The notes under the pieces: generated by a model
What the model was told of the DNA's origin: nothing
What the model saw: the letters and a program-made list of their open reading frames with translations, nothing else
The model's database searches: none
Position numbers and translations under genes: made by a program
Shown here: positions 19,993-29,628 of the stretch, piece after piece
How the letters are laid out: each line of letters opens with the position of its first letter
How positions within the stretch are numbered: position 1 is the first letter of the stretch
Source: Clostridiaceae bacterium
GTDB lineage: Bacteria > Bacillota > Clostridia > CAYPLH01 > DUMO01
Length of the DNA: 64,000 bases
Direction: 5' to 3'
NCBI GenBank assembly: GCA_012839865.1
Contig: DUMO01000064.1
Span: forward strand, 1 to 64,000

Positions 19993-20931
19993 ATGCAGGA
20001 TACCAAGCTTATAAGAAGGAATGGTTTAATCAAAGATATTAGAAGAAACAAGTTTTCGTATTTGATAATTTTGCCTGCATTAATATATACCTTCATATTC
20101 AGTTACTGTTCTTATCCATATATTTTGATTGCCTTCCAGAAGTATAATTATGAAAAGGGTATATTCGGCAGCGAATGGGTTGGCCTTAAAAACTTCGAAT
20201 TTTTCTTCCTGTCACGAAAAGCTCCGGAGGTGACATGGAATACCATCTATCTGAACTTCCTGTTTATCATCACTGGTACCATGTTGGCGGTCGTCATTGC
20301 CATAATGCTTAATGAACTCAAATGCAGAATTTTTGTCAAAAATACGCAATCAATAATGCTCTTCCCCAACTATCTGTCTTGGGTCGTTGTAAGTTATATG
20401 CTGTACAGCTTTTTCTCAACGGAACACGGTATAATCAATAAAGTAATAGAAGCTTTCGGAGGCAACAGGGTTAACTGGTACATCCAACCTAATGTATGGC
20501 CGGCAATACTTGTTCTTATGCGAATATGGAAAGGTGCAGGAATTAATGCAGTAATCTTTCTGGCTGCAATAACAGGAATTGACGAATTCATATTTCAGGC
20601 AGCATCAATTGACGGAGCCAACAGGTGGCAGCAAATCTGGCATATAACAATTCCTTTAATCATGCCTACAGTTACCATTATGACCTTGCTTGCCATAGGG
20701 AAAATCATGTATGGAGATTTTGGGATGATTTATGCCCTTATTGGAGATAACGGTGTACTGTATCCTACCACCGACATTATCGATACTTATGTCTTCAGAG
20801 CACTGCGAAAAATAGGTGATCCGTCACATGCCATGGCCATCAGCCTGTTTCAGTCTGCCGTAGGGTTTTTAATGGTTTATGGCTCGAATTGGGTAACCAG
20901 AAAATTCTTCAGTGAGGGCGCATTATATTAA
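19993..20931 (+). CDS. Carbohydrate ABC permease (LplB/YteP-like)
   Basis: WVGLKNFEFF, EAA-type loop FQAASIDGANRWQQIWHIT, TTDIIDTYVFR. Confidence 0.93.
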   Translation: MQDTKLIRRNGLIKDIRRNKFSYLIILPALIYTFIFSYCSYPYILIAFQKYNYEKGIFGSEWVGLKNFEFFFLSRKAPEVTWNTIYLNFLFIITGTMLAVVIAIMLNELKCRIFVKNTQSIMLFPNYLSWVVVSYMLYSFFSTEHGIINKVIEAFGGNRVNWYIQPNVWPAILVLMRIWKGAGINAVIFLAAITGIDEFIFQAASIDGANRWQQIWHITIPLIMPTVTIMTLLAIGKIMYGDFGMIYALIGDNGVLYPTTDIIDTYVFRALRKIGDPSHAMAISLFQSAVGFLMVYGSNWVTRKFFSEGALY

Positions 20932-21017
20932 GTATCCGTTGCACCCTGAGAGCCTCAATAAAGCCATTTGGGTGCAAATACTGAACCTTGTATTTAAAGG
21001 GGGTCAAGGTAATCAAT

Positions 21018-21890
21018 ATGAAAAAATTCAGTATGGGAACCTTTTTGATATATTTGTTTGTTACCCTGTTTTCAATATTCTGCTTCTTACCCATGCTCCT
21101 GACTTTAATAGTATCTTTTTCAGACGAGATGTCAATCATGAGAAAAGGCTATAGTTTTTTCCCAGAGAAGTTCTCTGTTCAGGCATACAGGCTGATATTC
21201 CAGGGCGGGTCCAATGTAATGCAGGGTTATGCAATTTCCACATTTGTTACTGTGGTGGGGACCCTTCTTGCACTGCTTATTACGGGGCTTGCAGCATACA
21301 CCCTTTCAAACAAGAATGTAAAATACAGAAATGCAATGTCTCTGTACTTTTTCGTCACAATGGTTTTTTCCGCAGGAGTTGTACCCTGGTATATGATTTG
21401 CAGGGCTTTGAAATTATATGACAATATTTTTGCTTTAATTATTCCGAACCTTTTATTCAATCCTTTTAACATGTTCCTTATAAAGAATTTTATGAGCAGT
21501 TTGCCTGATGCCTTGAGAGAATCTGCAACCATTGACGGAGCCAATGATGCATATATCGCCTTAAGAATTTACTTTCCCTTAAGCCTGCCGGTTATGGCGA
21601 CTGTTGGCCTTTTTTACGGCCTGGCATACTGGAATGATTGGTGGAATGCAATTATTCTTGTCGATAATAGAAACCTCTATCCCGTGCAGTTTTTGCTGCT
21701 GCAATTAAAGTCCCAGATACAAATGATTAGAGATCTCCAATACCTGGGTGGCATAACCACAGGTCCCTTGCCCTCTGAATCGGTAAAAATGGCTACTGCA
21801 ATAATTACCATAGGACCTATTGTATTGCTGTATCCCTATCTGCAGAAATATTTTGTAAAAGGGCTTGTTGTCGGCTCAGTCAAAGGTTAA
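21018..21890 (+). CDS. Carbohydrate ABC permease (LplC/YtcP-like)
   Basis: ESATIDGAND, YWNDWWN, YPYLQKYFVKG. Confidence 0.93.
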   Translation: MKKFSMGTFLIYLFVTLFSIFCFLPMLLTLIVSFSDEMSIMRKGYSFFPEKFSVQAYRLIFQGGSNVMQGYAISTFVTVVGTLLALLITGLAAYTLSNKNVKYRNAMSLYFFVTMVFSAGVVPWYMICRALKLYDNIFALIIPNLLFNPFNMFLIKNFMSSLPDALRESATIDGANDAYIALRIYFPLSLPVMATVGLFYGLAYWNDWWNAIILVDNRNLYPVQFLLLQLKSQIQMIRDLQYLGGITTGPLPSESVKMATAIITIGPIVLLYPYLQKYFVKGLVVGSVKG

Positions 21891-21964
21891 TAGCCGGTTT
21901 AAGCTGTTATCATGTTCCCGGTCAGGGAATGTAATATAAAAAAATATAAAGGAGATGATTGCAC

Positions 21965-23482
21965 ATGAAAAAAGCATTACTTATTTTAATTTCTGCAATG
22001 CTGGCGCTGGCACTTTTAGCCGGGTGTATTACACAGGATACCGGTGGTCAGACCAACAGGCAGGGTTCCGGTGATGATCAGAAACAAATTATTACATGCC
22101 GGTATGTATTACCAGGTTCCGCACCTACGGATATTGACGTTGTTGAGCCTATGATAAACGAAGCAATGCAAAAGGCAGGTGTAAATGTAGAGCTTAAGAG
22201 AGAGTACATTCCGTGGGAAGCCTGGGAGCAGAAGACAAATATGTATCTTTCAACTGGAGAAGTCTTCGACCTGCTTAACGTAATGAATGACATAATACCT
22301 ATTTCATCTTATGTCAGCAGGGGTGCATTGGCAGACATTACTGATATTATGAATCAGTATGGCAGCAACATCCTTGCAACGAACCCCGACATCATGATGG
22401 ATGCTGTGAAGGTAAACAACAGGATTTATGGAATTCCGGCATTCTGGGTGGAGTTCTCACACAGCCCCGAAATGACCATTCGTTTGGACATACTTAGAAA
22501 ATACAATCTCCCCGTTCCCAAGAATATGGAAGAACTTACCGAAACTTTTGAAATAGTTATGAGCAAATGGGAAGGTCCGGAAAAACCATATATTCCGATA
22601 ATCGGCGCACAGACCACTAAATTCGGTCTGGCACAAAAGGGTTATGACTCTTGGCCTTTCTGGGTTTATGACAATTTTATCTATGTCAACCAACACGGTA
22701 TGGTTGCAAATTACTTCGAAACCGAGGAATTCAAGCAAGACTGCAAATGGGCACGCCTCTGGTATCAAAAAGGCCTGATACATCCGGACGTTCTGGTATT
22801 TAAATCCGATCAGCTCAACGCGCAGCTTGATTCCGGAAACTGGTTCATACATGCAGGAACCATTGGTTCAATTGACAATATTAAAAAGAACTATCCGGAT
22901 ATTACCGTTGATGACTTTGCATTTTTGAATTTCAACCCTGAGAAGCCCAACCTCAGGCCATACGGAACAAGAAACATGAATGCTGTTCCCAAGAGCAGCA
23001 AAAACCCTGAAGCAGGAGTTATGTTCATCAACTGGCTGTATGCCAACCAGGAAAACTATGACCTGTATATGTACGGAAGAGAGGGTATAGATTACGAAAA
23101 GACAGGAGCCAGAACAAGAAAAGTTCTGCTGAAGGAAGGCCAGTCTGTCCCGGCATATTTTGCAGATGACTGGATGATTGGCAATATAAAATATCTCCGA
23201 ACTTCTGAGACAACACCAACAGCCACGATTGAAATGCTGTACACTATAGATACGACTGCTGTAAACTCAATTGCGGCAAGCTTTACCTATGATGCATCAG
23301 ATGTTATGGCAGAGCTGGCAAATGTCCGGACAGAAATCCAGGCAAGCATTGCACCTATTGCATGCGGTGTGGTCGACTATGAGACTGAATTGCCGAAAGC
23401 ACTGGAAAAGCTTAAAGCTGCAGGCATGGACAAAGTAATCAACGAGTACAAAACCCAGTTTGAAGCTTTCCGTAAGAAATAA
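21965..23482 (+). CDS. Carbohydrate ABC substrate-binding lipoprotein (DUF3502-type C-terminus)
   Basis: Lipobox LLAGC; YGREGIDY; LKAAGMDKVINEYKTQF. Confidence 0.9.
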   Translation: MKKALLILISAMLALALLAGCITQDTGGQTNRQGSGDDQKQIITCRYVLPGSAPTDIDVVEPMINEAMQKAGVNVELKREYIPWEAWEQKTNMYLSTGEVFDLLNVMNDIIPISSYVSRGALADITDIMNQYGSNILATNPDIMMDAVKVNNRIYGIPAFWVEFSHSPEMTIRLDILRKYNLPVPKNMEELTETFEIVMSKWEGPEKPYIPIIGAQTTKFGLAQKGYDSWPFWVYDNFIYVNQHGMVANYFETEEFKQDCKWARLWYQKGLIHPDVLVFKSDQLNAQLDSGNWFIHAGTIGSIDNIKKNYPDITVDDFAFLNFNPEKPNLRPYGTRNMNAVPKSSKNPEAGVMFINWLYANQENYDLYMYGREGIDYEKTGARTRKVLLKEGQSVPAYFADDWMIGNIKYLRTSETTPTATIEMLYTIDTTAVNSIAASFTYDASDVMAELANVRTEIQASIAPIACGVVDYETELPKALEKLKAAGMDKVINEYKTQFEAFRKK

Positions 23483-23630
23483 AAATACACAAAAGGAAGG
23501 TTGACTCCCTTCACAGATAAATAACTGCAGAAGAGAACCGGCCTGGCACTTTGTCTTTTATGTGAAATCAAGTTGCCTTATGAGATGATAAATAAAAAAT
23601 ACAGTGTTTTTCACTGGTATATATTCCTGG

Positions 23631-23677
23631 CAGCTAAAGGGTTTTGTGCCGGAAGCTCTTTAAAAACCCTTTAGCTG
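23631..23677. repeat. Perfect 15-bp inverted repeat (hairpin)
   Basis: CAGCTAAAGGGTTTT / AAAACCCTTTAGCTG. Confidence 0.85.
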
Positions 23678-23888
23678 TATTTTCTGATTACATTAAGGCG
23701 GCAAGCAGGATACCCCACCTCTACAGATGGCGGGTACCGATTTGGTGTTCAGGCGGTGAGCATATCTCCCGCCTCGTTGAAATGCTACAGATGTAAGAAA
23801 ATTTATTTCAATCGAAAGATTTTCTTATGAACTAAGGCATTATAAAATTGCATGCCATTAAAAAAATAACAAGGTATGGTGATTACTG

Positions 23889-24845
23889 ATGGTTCTGGAA
23901 AAGCAAAAAATACAATTTGAAAAAACAAAAAAGATATTTGAAAGCACCAAGCTGAAATTCTACGGGGTTGACGGCTGGGACGTATACAACACATCAATTC
24001 CCTTTGAGTTTGAAGGTGACATGTATATTTATGGAAGAGTGGAAAAACGCGATGAGTGGGCACAATCTCATGCCCGGTTGTTCAAAAAAACAGGCATGGA
24101 CGAATGGACCTGGGTACCGGGATCAATGATGTATCCTCTTGAGGATCCATTTATATCTGTTATCAATGGTACTTATGTGTTGGGAGGTACTCATGTAAGA
24201 TACAGGAAAAATGCCATAGATACCTTTTACGCGTATTTTTACAGCAGCAATAACCCATATAACTTGCGTTATTTCACAACAGGTCCTGAATATATGAAGG
24301 ACATAAGGCTTGTTCAACTGCCAAACAACAGGATTGGCGTGTTTTCAAGGCACCGGAAAAATGAAGTTACCAAAAAGCACGGCAAGGAAGCACTGGTGGG
24401 GTTTACAATAATTGATAATTTATACGAGTTGGATGAGTTTGTAATCAATACTGCCCCCATTATTCATAATTTGTTTAATGACGGTGAATGGGGCGGTTTC
24501 AATCAGTGTTACTATTTATCAAGCGGCCACATCGGAATAATCGGCCATAAATCCTATGAAACATTAAATGAAGAAGGGAACTCCCTCTATGTATATGTGA
24601 ACATGTCTTTTGTGTTTGACTATATTTATGGCAAAATACTCGATGAAAAAATAATTGCAACACGTTCCTGCTACCCGGCGGGTCCTGCTAAAAAGCCATA
24701 CCTGGTTGACTGTGCGTTTGCATCGGGAATTGTAATGAGACCTGACGGGAAAGCCGACCTTTATAGCGGCATCGGGGACACTGAAGAAGGCAGGGTGGTT
24801 ATAGATTATCCTTTTGAAGGATATGGAGAAATTGTGAACATATAA
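23889..24845 (+). CDS. DUF1861 family protein (beta-1,2-mannoside phosphorylase-like)
   Basis: DVYNTS..F, GRVE, LEDPF, MKDIRLV, GEWGG, YSGIGD motifs. Confidence 0.85.
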   Translation: MVLEKQKIQFEKTKKIFESTKLKFYGVDGWDVYNTSIPFEFEGDMYIYGRVEKRDEWAQSHARLFKKTGMDEWTWVPGSMMYPLEDPFISVINGTYVLGGTHVRYRKNAIDTFYAYFYSSNNPYNLRYFTTGPEYMKDIRLVQLPNNRIGVFSRHRKNEVTKKHGKEALVGFTIIDNLYELDEFVINTAPIIHNLFNDGEWGGFNQCYYLSSGHIGIIGHKSYETLNEEGNSLYVYVNMSFVFDYIYGKILDEKIIATRSCYPAGPAKKPYLVDCAFASGIVMRPDGKADLYSGIGDTEEGRVVIDYPFEGYGEIVNI

Positions 24846-24870
24846 TTAATTGAAATTAAACCATCGTGCA

Positions 24871-25341
24871 TCAAAATATCCGTGTTTTAATTTTTTCAAG
24901 CACTAACATTAAAACATATCCCAGGCCATAGCATGCAATGCTCTGCCCAAGAGCTACAAACCCGAAAGCAGCCAAAAACGGCACTTTCAAAATGTAGTTG
25001 AGTATCAGCCCCACTACAATGGCATTGATTATAACCGGCGGAAGAGGTACAAGCCAGCGCTTTGGCATTTTGCGTGAAAAAAAGGCGGCAACCAGTGTCG
25101 CAAGGCTGCCAAAAATCACATCAATAAGCCCGTTTCCTGCAATAAAATTGGATATGATGCACCCTGCAAAAAGTCCCGGAATTGCGGCAGGAGTAAAATA
25201 TGGCAAAACCGTTAGCCCTTCGGATACTCTAACTTGTATCAGGTCAAAGCTCAAAGGTGCAAAAACCAATGTCAGCACCGTATAAATGGATGCAATTAAA
25301 GCTGCCTGAACGATGAACCTCGTGGTCAGCATTCTTTTCAT
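24871..25341 (-). CDS. queT: QueT family queuosine-precursor transporter (ECF S component)
   Basis: AALIASIYTVLT..QVRVSEGLTVLP; upstream preQ1 riboswitch. Confidence 0.9.
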   Translation of the reverse strand: MKRMLTTRFIVQAALIASIYTVLTLVFAPLSFDLIQVRVSEGLTVLPYFTPAAIPGLFAGCIISNFIAGNGLIDVIFGSLATLVAAFFSRKMPKRWLVPLPPVIINAIVVGLILNYILKVPFLAAFGFVALGQSIACYGLGYVLMLVLEKIKTRIF

Positions 25342-25476
25342 GTCTTGTACTTCCCCTCCATTGAAAAAATTTCACCGCATAAAAAAATGGACATTGCTGT
25401 CCATAACAAATAAAACCGAGCCTTAAGCCCTGCTGCCGCCATGATTTGCAAAACCGGCTTAAGCTCAGGCAAGTTT

Positions 25477-25518
25477 CCGTAGTTTTGTTTATAGACAGGA
25501 TGGTTTCGAACTGTCTAT
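25477..25518 (-). ncRNA. preQ1-I riboswitch
   Basis: AUAGACAGUUCGAAACCAUCCUGUCUAUAAACAAAACUACGG: P1 AUAGACAG/CUGUCUAU, UUCG loop, A-rich tail, upstream of queT. Confidence 0.9.
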
Positions 25519-25595
25519 TCAATTTTTAAAAGTTTCAAACCCCGGCCTTCTTTATGGGCAAGCCACCCGCCAGGCATCCTTCAAAGCTATTTTGA

Positions 25596-25992
25596 TTACT
25601 GGGCCTGGACCCTTGTCCATACTTCATTGTATATGGTCAATGCTTCACCAAGATCCACGAATACTTCACACCTCTCCAGAATTTCATCAGATGGCCAGTA
25701 CGCAGGCATTTCGATTATTTCGGAGTTTTCTTCCTTCATTCTTTTCACCACTTCCATGTTTGGAGTGGAATAACCGACAAATTCCGTGTTCTGGTATGCA
25801 TTGTCCGGGTCAAGGAGGAAGTTTATGAACTTCTCGGCAGCATCCTTGTTCTTCGCTGTCTTTGGTATAACCATGCAGTCAAACCATAGGTTGCTTCCTT
25901 CCTTTGGTACAATATAATTAATGTTTTCAATGCCTTCCCAATAAATATCCATTGCGGCTCCCGACCAATTCAGGGCCAGTACTGCGTCGCCG
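25596..25992 (-). pseudogene. potD: Spermidine/putrescine-binding protein, C-terminal remnant
   Basis: [14 protein letters not shown]...IVPKEGSNLWFDCMVIPK..AEKFINFL; no N-terminus. Confidence 0.85.
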
Positions 25993-25994
25993 TG

Positions 25995-26316
25995 AAAGCT
26001 TCTTTATACGCAGTCCAAATGCAACGTTTTCATAAACATTCAGGTGTGAAAAAAGGGCGTACTTTTGAAATATCGTGTTTACGTTCCTTTCATAAGGGGG
26101 TATATTATTTATCTTTTTGCCTTCAAAAAAGATATCGCCCTCATCAGGATTCTCAAATCCGCCAATCATTCTTAGTGTAGTTGTTTTTCCACATCCACTG
26201 GGACCTAGGAGCGTAACAAACTCGTTTTCCTTTATGGAAAGATTAATGTGGTCAACAACAGTTACACCGTCAAATTGTTTTGTAAGGTTTATAAGTTCAA
26301 TTATTGGTCCATTCAT
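25995..26316 (-). pseudogene. potA: Polyamine ABC ATPase, N-terminal remnant
   Basis: [37 protein letters not shown], then homology ends. Confidence 0.88.
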
Positions 26317-26631
26317 TTAAACAAACCCCCATAAAAAAATGGCTCGCATTAATCCTGCTTTTTAGTTTTCCGGCAAAGAAAATGAGTCAGTGTTTATCCT
26401 GTGAAAATTCTTAATAAACAATACGTATTATTGCATTAAATGACCCTCATGTCAATAAAAAATATATTTTTTAAAAATTTAAAAAAATACCCGCAAATCA
26501 GCCATTCTAAGGCGTTTTGACATTTGGTCCGTTAAACTCTTACTACTTATTTTTTATCATTTGGGAAGAATAATAATTTCACAATAAAAAACCCGAAAAT
26601 CCTTGACTTTTAAGGTTTTCGGATAATTTTG

Positions 26632-26705
26632 TGGAGCGGGTGATGGGAATCGAACCCACACGGTCAGCTTGGGAAGCTGATATTCTACCACTAAATTACA
26701 CCCGC
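26632..26705 (-). tRNA. tRNA-Gly(CCC)
   Basis: 74 nt, anticodon arm TCAGC-TTCCCAA-GCTGA, encoded CCA. Confidence 0.97.
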
Positions 26706-26880
26706 ATCTATATAAATTTGTAAGTATAAATATAACACAATCTGTGTTGTTTGTCTATATGAAAAGGATGGTCTCCCGCTTTTTTATCCTGAAAAATTTA
26801 AAACCATGGCGAGTAGACCGATTCTGTTTTGCAATCTCTTTTTAAACTTACGGTTAATCTTCCGGTTAAATCCCCGGCGG

Positions 26881-27528
26881 TTATGCCCGCACTTCCACAA
26901 GATGCTTTTCAAGCTTCCTTTTTACTCTCTGGAGAGCATTGTCTATTGATTTTACATGCCGGTCCAGTTCCTCTGAAATCTCCTGGTATGACCTTCCTTC
27001 AAGGTAAAGGGAAAGAACCTCCCACTCAAGTTCACTGAGAATCTGGGCTATTTTATCTTCAATTCCGCTGTATTCTTCACGGTTTATAATCATCTGCTCA
27101 GGATCAAGCACTGAGCTTTGACCAATAATATCAATCAGGGTTCTGTCAGAGTCATCGTCATAAAGAGGTTTATTAAGGGATACATATGAGTTCAACGGAA
27201 TGTGCTTCTGCCGGGTGGCGGTTTTTATCGCAGTAATTATCTGCCTTGTTATGCAAAGTTCAGCAAAAGCCCGGAAAGAAGACAGCTTGTCCGGCTTATA
27301 ATCACGAATGGCTTTACACAACCCAATCATGCCTTCCTGTATAATGTCCTCTCTGTCCGCTCCTATCAGGAAATATGCCCGGGCTTTGGATCTGACAAAA
27401 TTTTTATATTTGTTTATCAGGTATTCAAAGGCTTCCCTGCTGCCTGCCCTGGCATGCATGATAATTTCATCGTCAACCATTGAGGAAAAAGAATTGTGTG
27501 ACTTGGAACGTGCATTTACCCCTGACAT
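26881..27528 (-). CDS. sigH: RNA polymerase sigma factor SigH
   Basis: GADREDIIQEGMIGL, RQIITAIKTATRQKHIPLNSYVSL, KSIDNALQRVKRK; synteny with yacP/rlmB. Confidence 0.97.
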   Translation of the reverse strand: MSGVNARSKSHNSFSSMVDDEIIMHARAGSREAFEYLINKYKNFVRSKARAYFLIGADREDIIQEGMIGLCKAIRDYKPDKLSSFRAFAELCITRQIITAIKTATRQKHIPLNSYVSLNKPLYDDDSDRTLIDIIGQSSVLDPEQMIINREEYSGIEDKIAQILSELEWEVLSLYLEGRSYQEISEELDRHVKSIDNALQRVKRKLEKHLVEVRA

Positions 27529-27624
27529 AATGTCCCCCTGTGAAGTAAATATTTTCTATATTTTATACTCATCCCCTTAGGACTAATTATAGAATAGTAA
27601 TTGTGATTATGTCAAGTGAAAACG

Positions 27625-27951
27625 GGGGACCATGAGGACGGTTCTTTTAATTCCCGCACACGGGGCTACCATTCAGGCGTTATCTATGTAATTAATGCAA
27701 TTCACGAACAATCAGCTCCAATACTGCAAGTACGGCTTCGGCAAGGAAAACAATCAGTTTAAAATACCTTTTCATCAAGTAATTCCGCGAACTCGCTGCG
27801 CTCAAACACGCGGACATTACTAAGATTCAAAGGCATTTTAAGCTGTGTTTTCCTATGCCTTGCCGTAAAAGCAGTATTAGAGCTGATTGTCCATGATAAG
27901 TGCTTGAACATTAACCACGCGGGAACCACGAGAACCGTCCCCATGGTCCCC
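27625..27951. mobile_element. Nested palindromic REP/MITE-like element
   Basis: Outer 21-bp inverted repeat GGGGACCATGAGGACGGTTCT / AGAACCGTCCCCATGGTCCCC (1 mismatch); inner ~55-bp arms spanning 27708-27890. Confidence 0.65.
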
Positions 27952-27955
27952 TCAT

Positions 27956-28471
27956 TTACTTTCCCCTTCTTAACTTTTCCAGTTTCTCAATTGTATCAGT
28001 GTCAAGGTTTGAGTCCAGAGTATTCAGCTTCAAATACCTTTTATTTCGCTCACTACTTCGTAATATCCTGGTATGCTTTTCAATCTCAGCTCTCAGTTCC
28101 TTCGGAGTTACCCTGACGCCACCGCTGTTCAAAACAGTGGTCTGTTCCAGGTAATCCAATGTAACTACTCTTACAACATTTTCCCTGTTCCTGCCAAGGT
28201 TATATACAAGCCTTTCTATGTAATAATCCGCTGTCTCGTTTTCCTTTGTAAAAACTACTTGTATATTGTCAAAAAAATCTACTTTTTCCTGGCTTCCTTT
28301 AACCTGGTGTGCATCAAAAACTACAATGACATTAATTTTTCGAAATCCCTGGAAGTTTGAAAGAATGTTCAGAAGTTTTTCCCTGGAATCCTCAAGAGTG
28401 TCCAGACCCGGCTTGAATATATCCCTCCAGGCATTGATAATGTTGTATCCGTCTATGATTAAGTATTCCAT
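27956..28471 (-). CDS. yacP: NYN-domain ribosome-associated endoribonuclease YacP/Rae1
   Basis: LIIDGYNII, VVFDAH, ETADYYIE; synteny. Confidence 0.92.
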   Translation of the reverse strand: MEYLIIDGYNIINAWRDIFKPGLDTLEDSREKLLNILSNFQGFRKINVIVVFDAHQVKGSQEKVDFFDNIQVVFTKENETADYYIERLVYNLGRNRENVVRVVTLDYLEQTTVLNSGGVRVTPKELRAEIEKHTRILRSSERNKRYLKLNTLDSNLDTDTIEKLEKLRRGK

Positions 28472-28478
28472 CCGGTGA

Positions 28479-29465
28479 TTAGTTCATACCCCTTTGCTTT
28501 GAAATTTCATACATGACAATTGCCCCGGCAACTGCTGCGTTTAATGATGAGATTCTGCCCTTCATCGGAATACTGACCACAAAATCGCATTTTTCCCTTA
28601 CAAGTCTTGACATGCCCTCTCCCTCGCTGCCAATAACAAGAGCAATAGGGCCCTTTAAATCAACGCTGTAAAAAGGCTTTTCACCTGTTGTATCGGTTCC
28701 GGCCACCCAAATGCCTTTTTTCTTTAAGGCTTCAATTGTCTGGGCCATGTTTACCACCCTGGCGACAGGCACATACTCAATTGCACCTGCAGAAGCCTTT
28801 GATACCGCTGCATTCAGCCCTGCAGCTCTTCTTTTCGGTATTACCACCCCGTGGGCTCCCACCGCATCTGCGGTCCTTAAAATGGAGCCAAGATTACCTC
28901 CGTCGGTAATTCCGTCAAGGAGTATAATAAAGGGATGCTCATTCTTTTCTTCCGCCCGCCTTAGAATATCCTCCAATTCCACATATTCAGCAGCGGCAAC
29001 ACCAGCAATTACTCCCTGGTGAGCATGGGTTGATGACATTCTGTCAAGCTTTGCCTTGTCCACTTCCTGAACCACAACCCCTGCTTCCTTTGCCAGAGCC
29101 ATTATATATTTTATTGAACCTTCCCGTTCACCTTTAGCAATAAAAATCTTGTTTATTGCTCTTCCCGACTTCAGGGCTTCAATTACCGGGTTGCGTCCCT
29201 CAATAGAATAAAAGTCCTCTTCCCTTTCCTGCCGGATGCCATCTCTGCGGCTCATCTCATCCCGTTCCCAGCCGGTTTCTGCCCTACGGTTTTTCTCATC
29301 TAATTCCCGGCTGGTATCGGCCTTACGGTTCTTCTCATCTCGTTCACAGCCAGCATTGGCCATACGGTTCTCATCCATTCCCCGGCCTGCAAGGGTTTTG
29401 TAACCCTTCTCTTTTCCTTCCTGCTTTTTAAATTTATTGTCCTTTCCTTCTTTTTCCTGTCTCAT
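28479..29465 (-). CDS. rlmB: 23S rRNA (Gm2251) methyltransferase RlmB with repetitive N-terminal extension
   Basis: IEGRNPVIEAL, NLGSILRTA, GSEGEG, SSLNAAVA. Confidence 0.95.
   Translation of the reverse strand: MRQEKEGKDNKFKKQEGKEKGYKTLAGRGMDENRMANAGCERDEKNRKADTSRELDEKNRRAETGWERDEMSRRDGIRQEREEDFYSIEGRNPVIEALKSGRAINKIFIAKGEREGSIKYIMALAKEAGVVVQEVDKAKLDRMSSTHAHQGVIAGVAAAEYVELEDILRRAEEKNEHPFIILLDGITDGGNLGSILRTADAVGAHGVVIPKRRAAGLNAAVSKASAGAIEYVPVARVVNMAQTIEALKKKGIWVAGTDTTGEKPFYSVDLKGPIALVIGSEGEGMSRLVREKCDFVVSIPMKGRISSLNAAVAGAIVMYEISKQRGMN
29246..29390. repeat. Four imperfect 39-bp tandem repeats in the 5' part of rlmB
   Basis: T(A/G)CGG units start at 29246, 29285, 29324 and 29363. Confidence 0.85.
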
Positions 29466-29628
29466 TATGTTTTTGAAACCCTTCCCTGTGGTTTTTTACC
29501 TGTCTCTCACTTTATCTGCCTGTAATTCTTCCCCAAAACAGCAAATCTGAAACTATTTAATCATTTATCTATTGATCAATTTATTAATCCAAATGAGATG
29601 ACTATTACACTTCTAAAACTGCAATCAA

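Noticed and set aside
25996..26001. HindIII site at the potA/potD junction as a sign of a ligation chimera
   Set aside because: Other junctions lack the site and AAGCTT is common in this window, so it is probably chance
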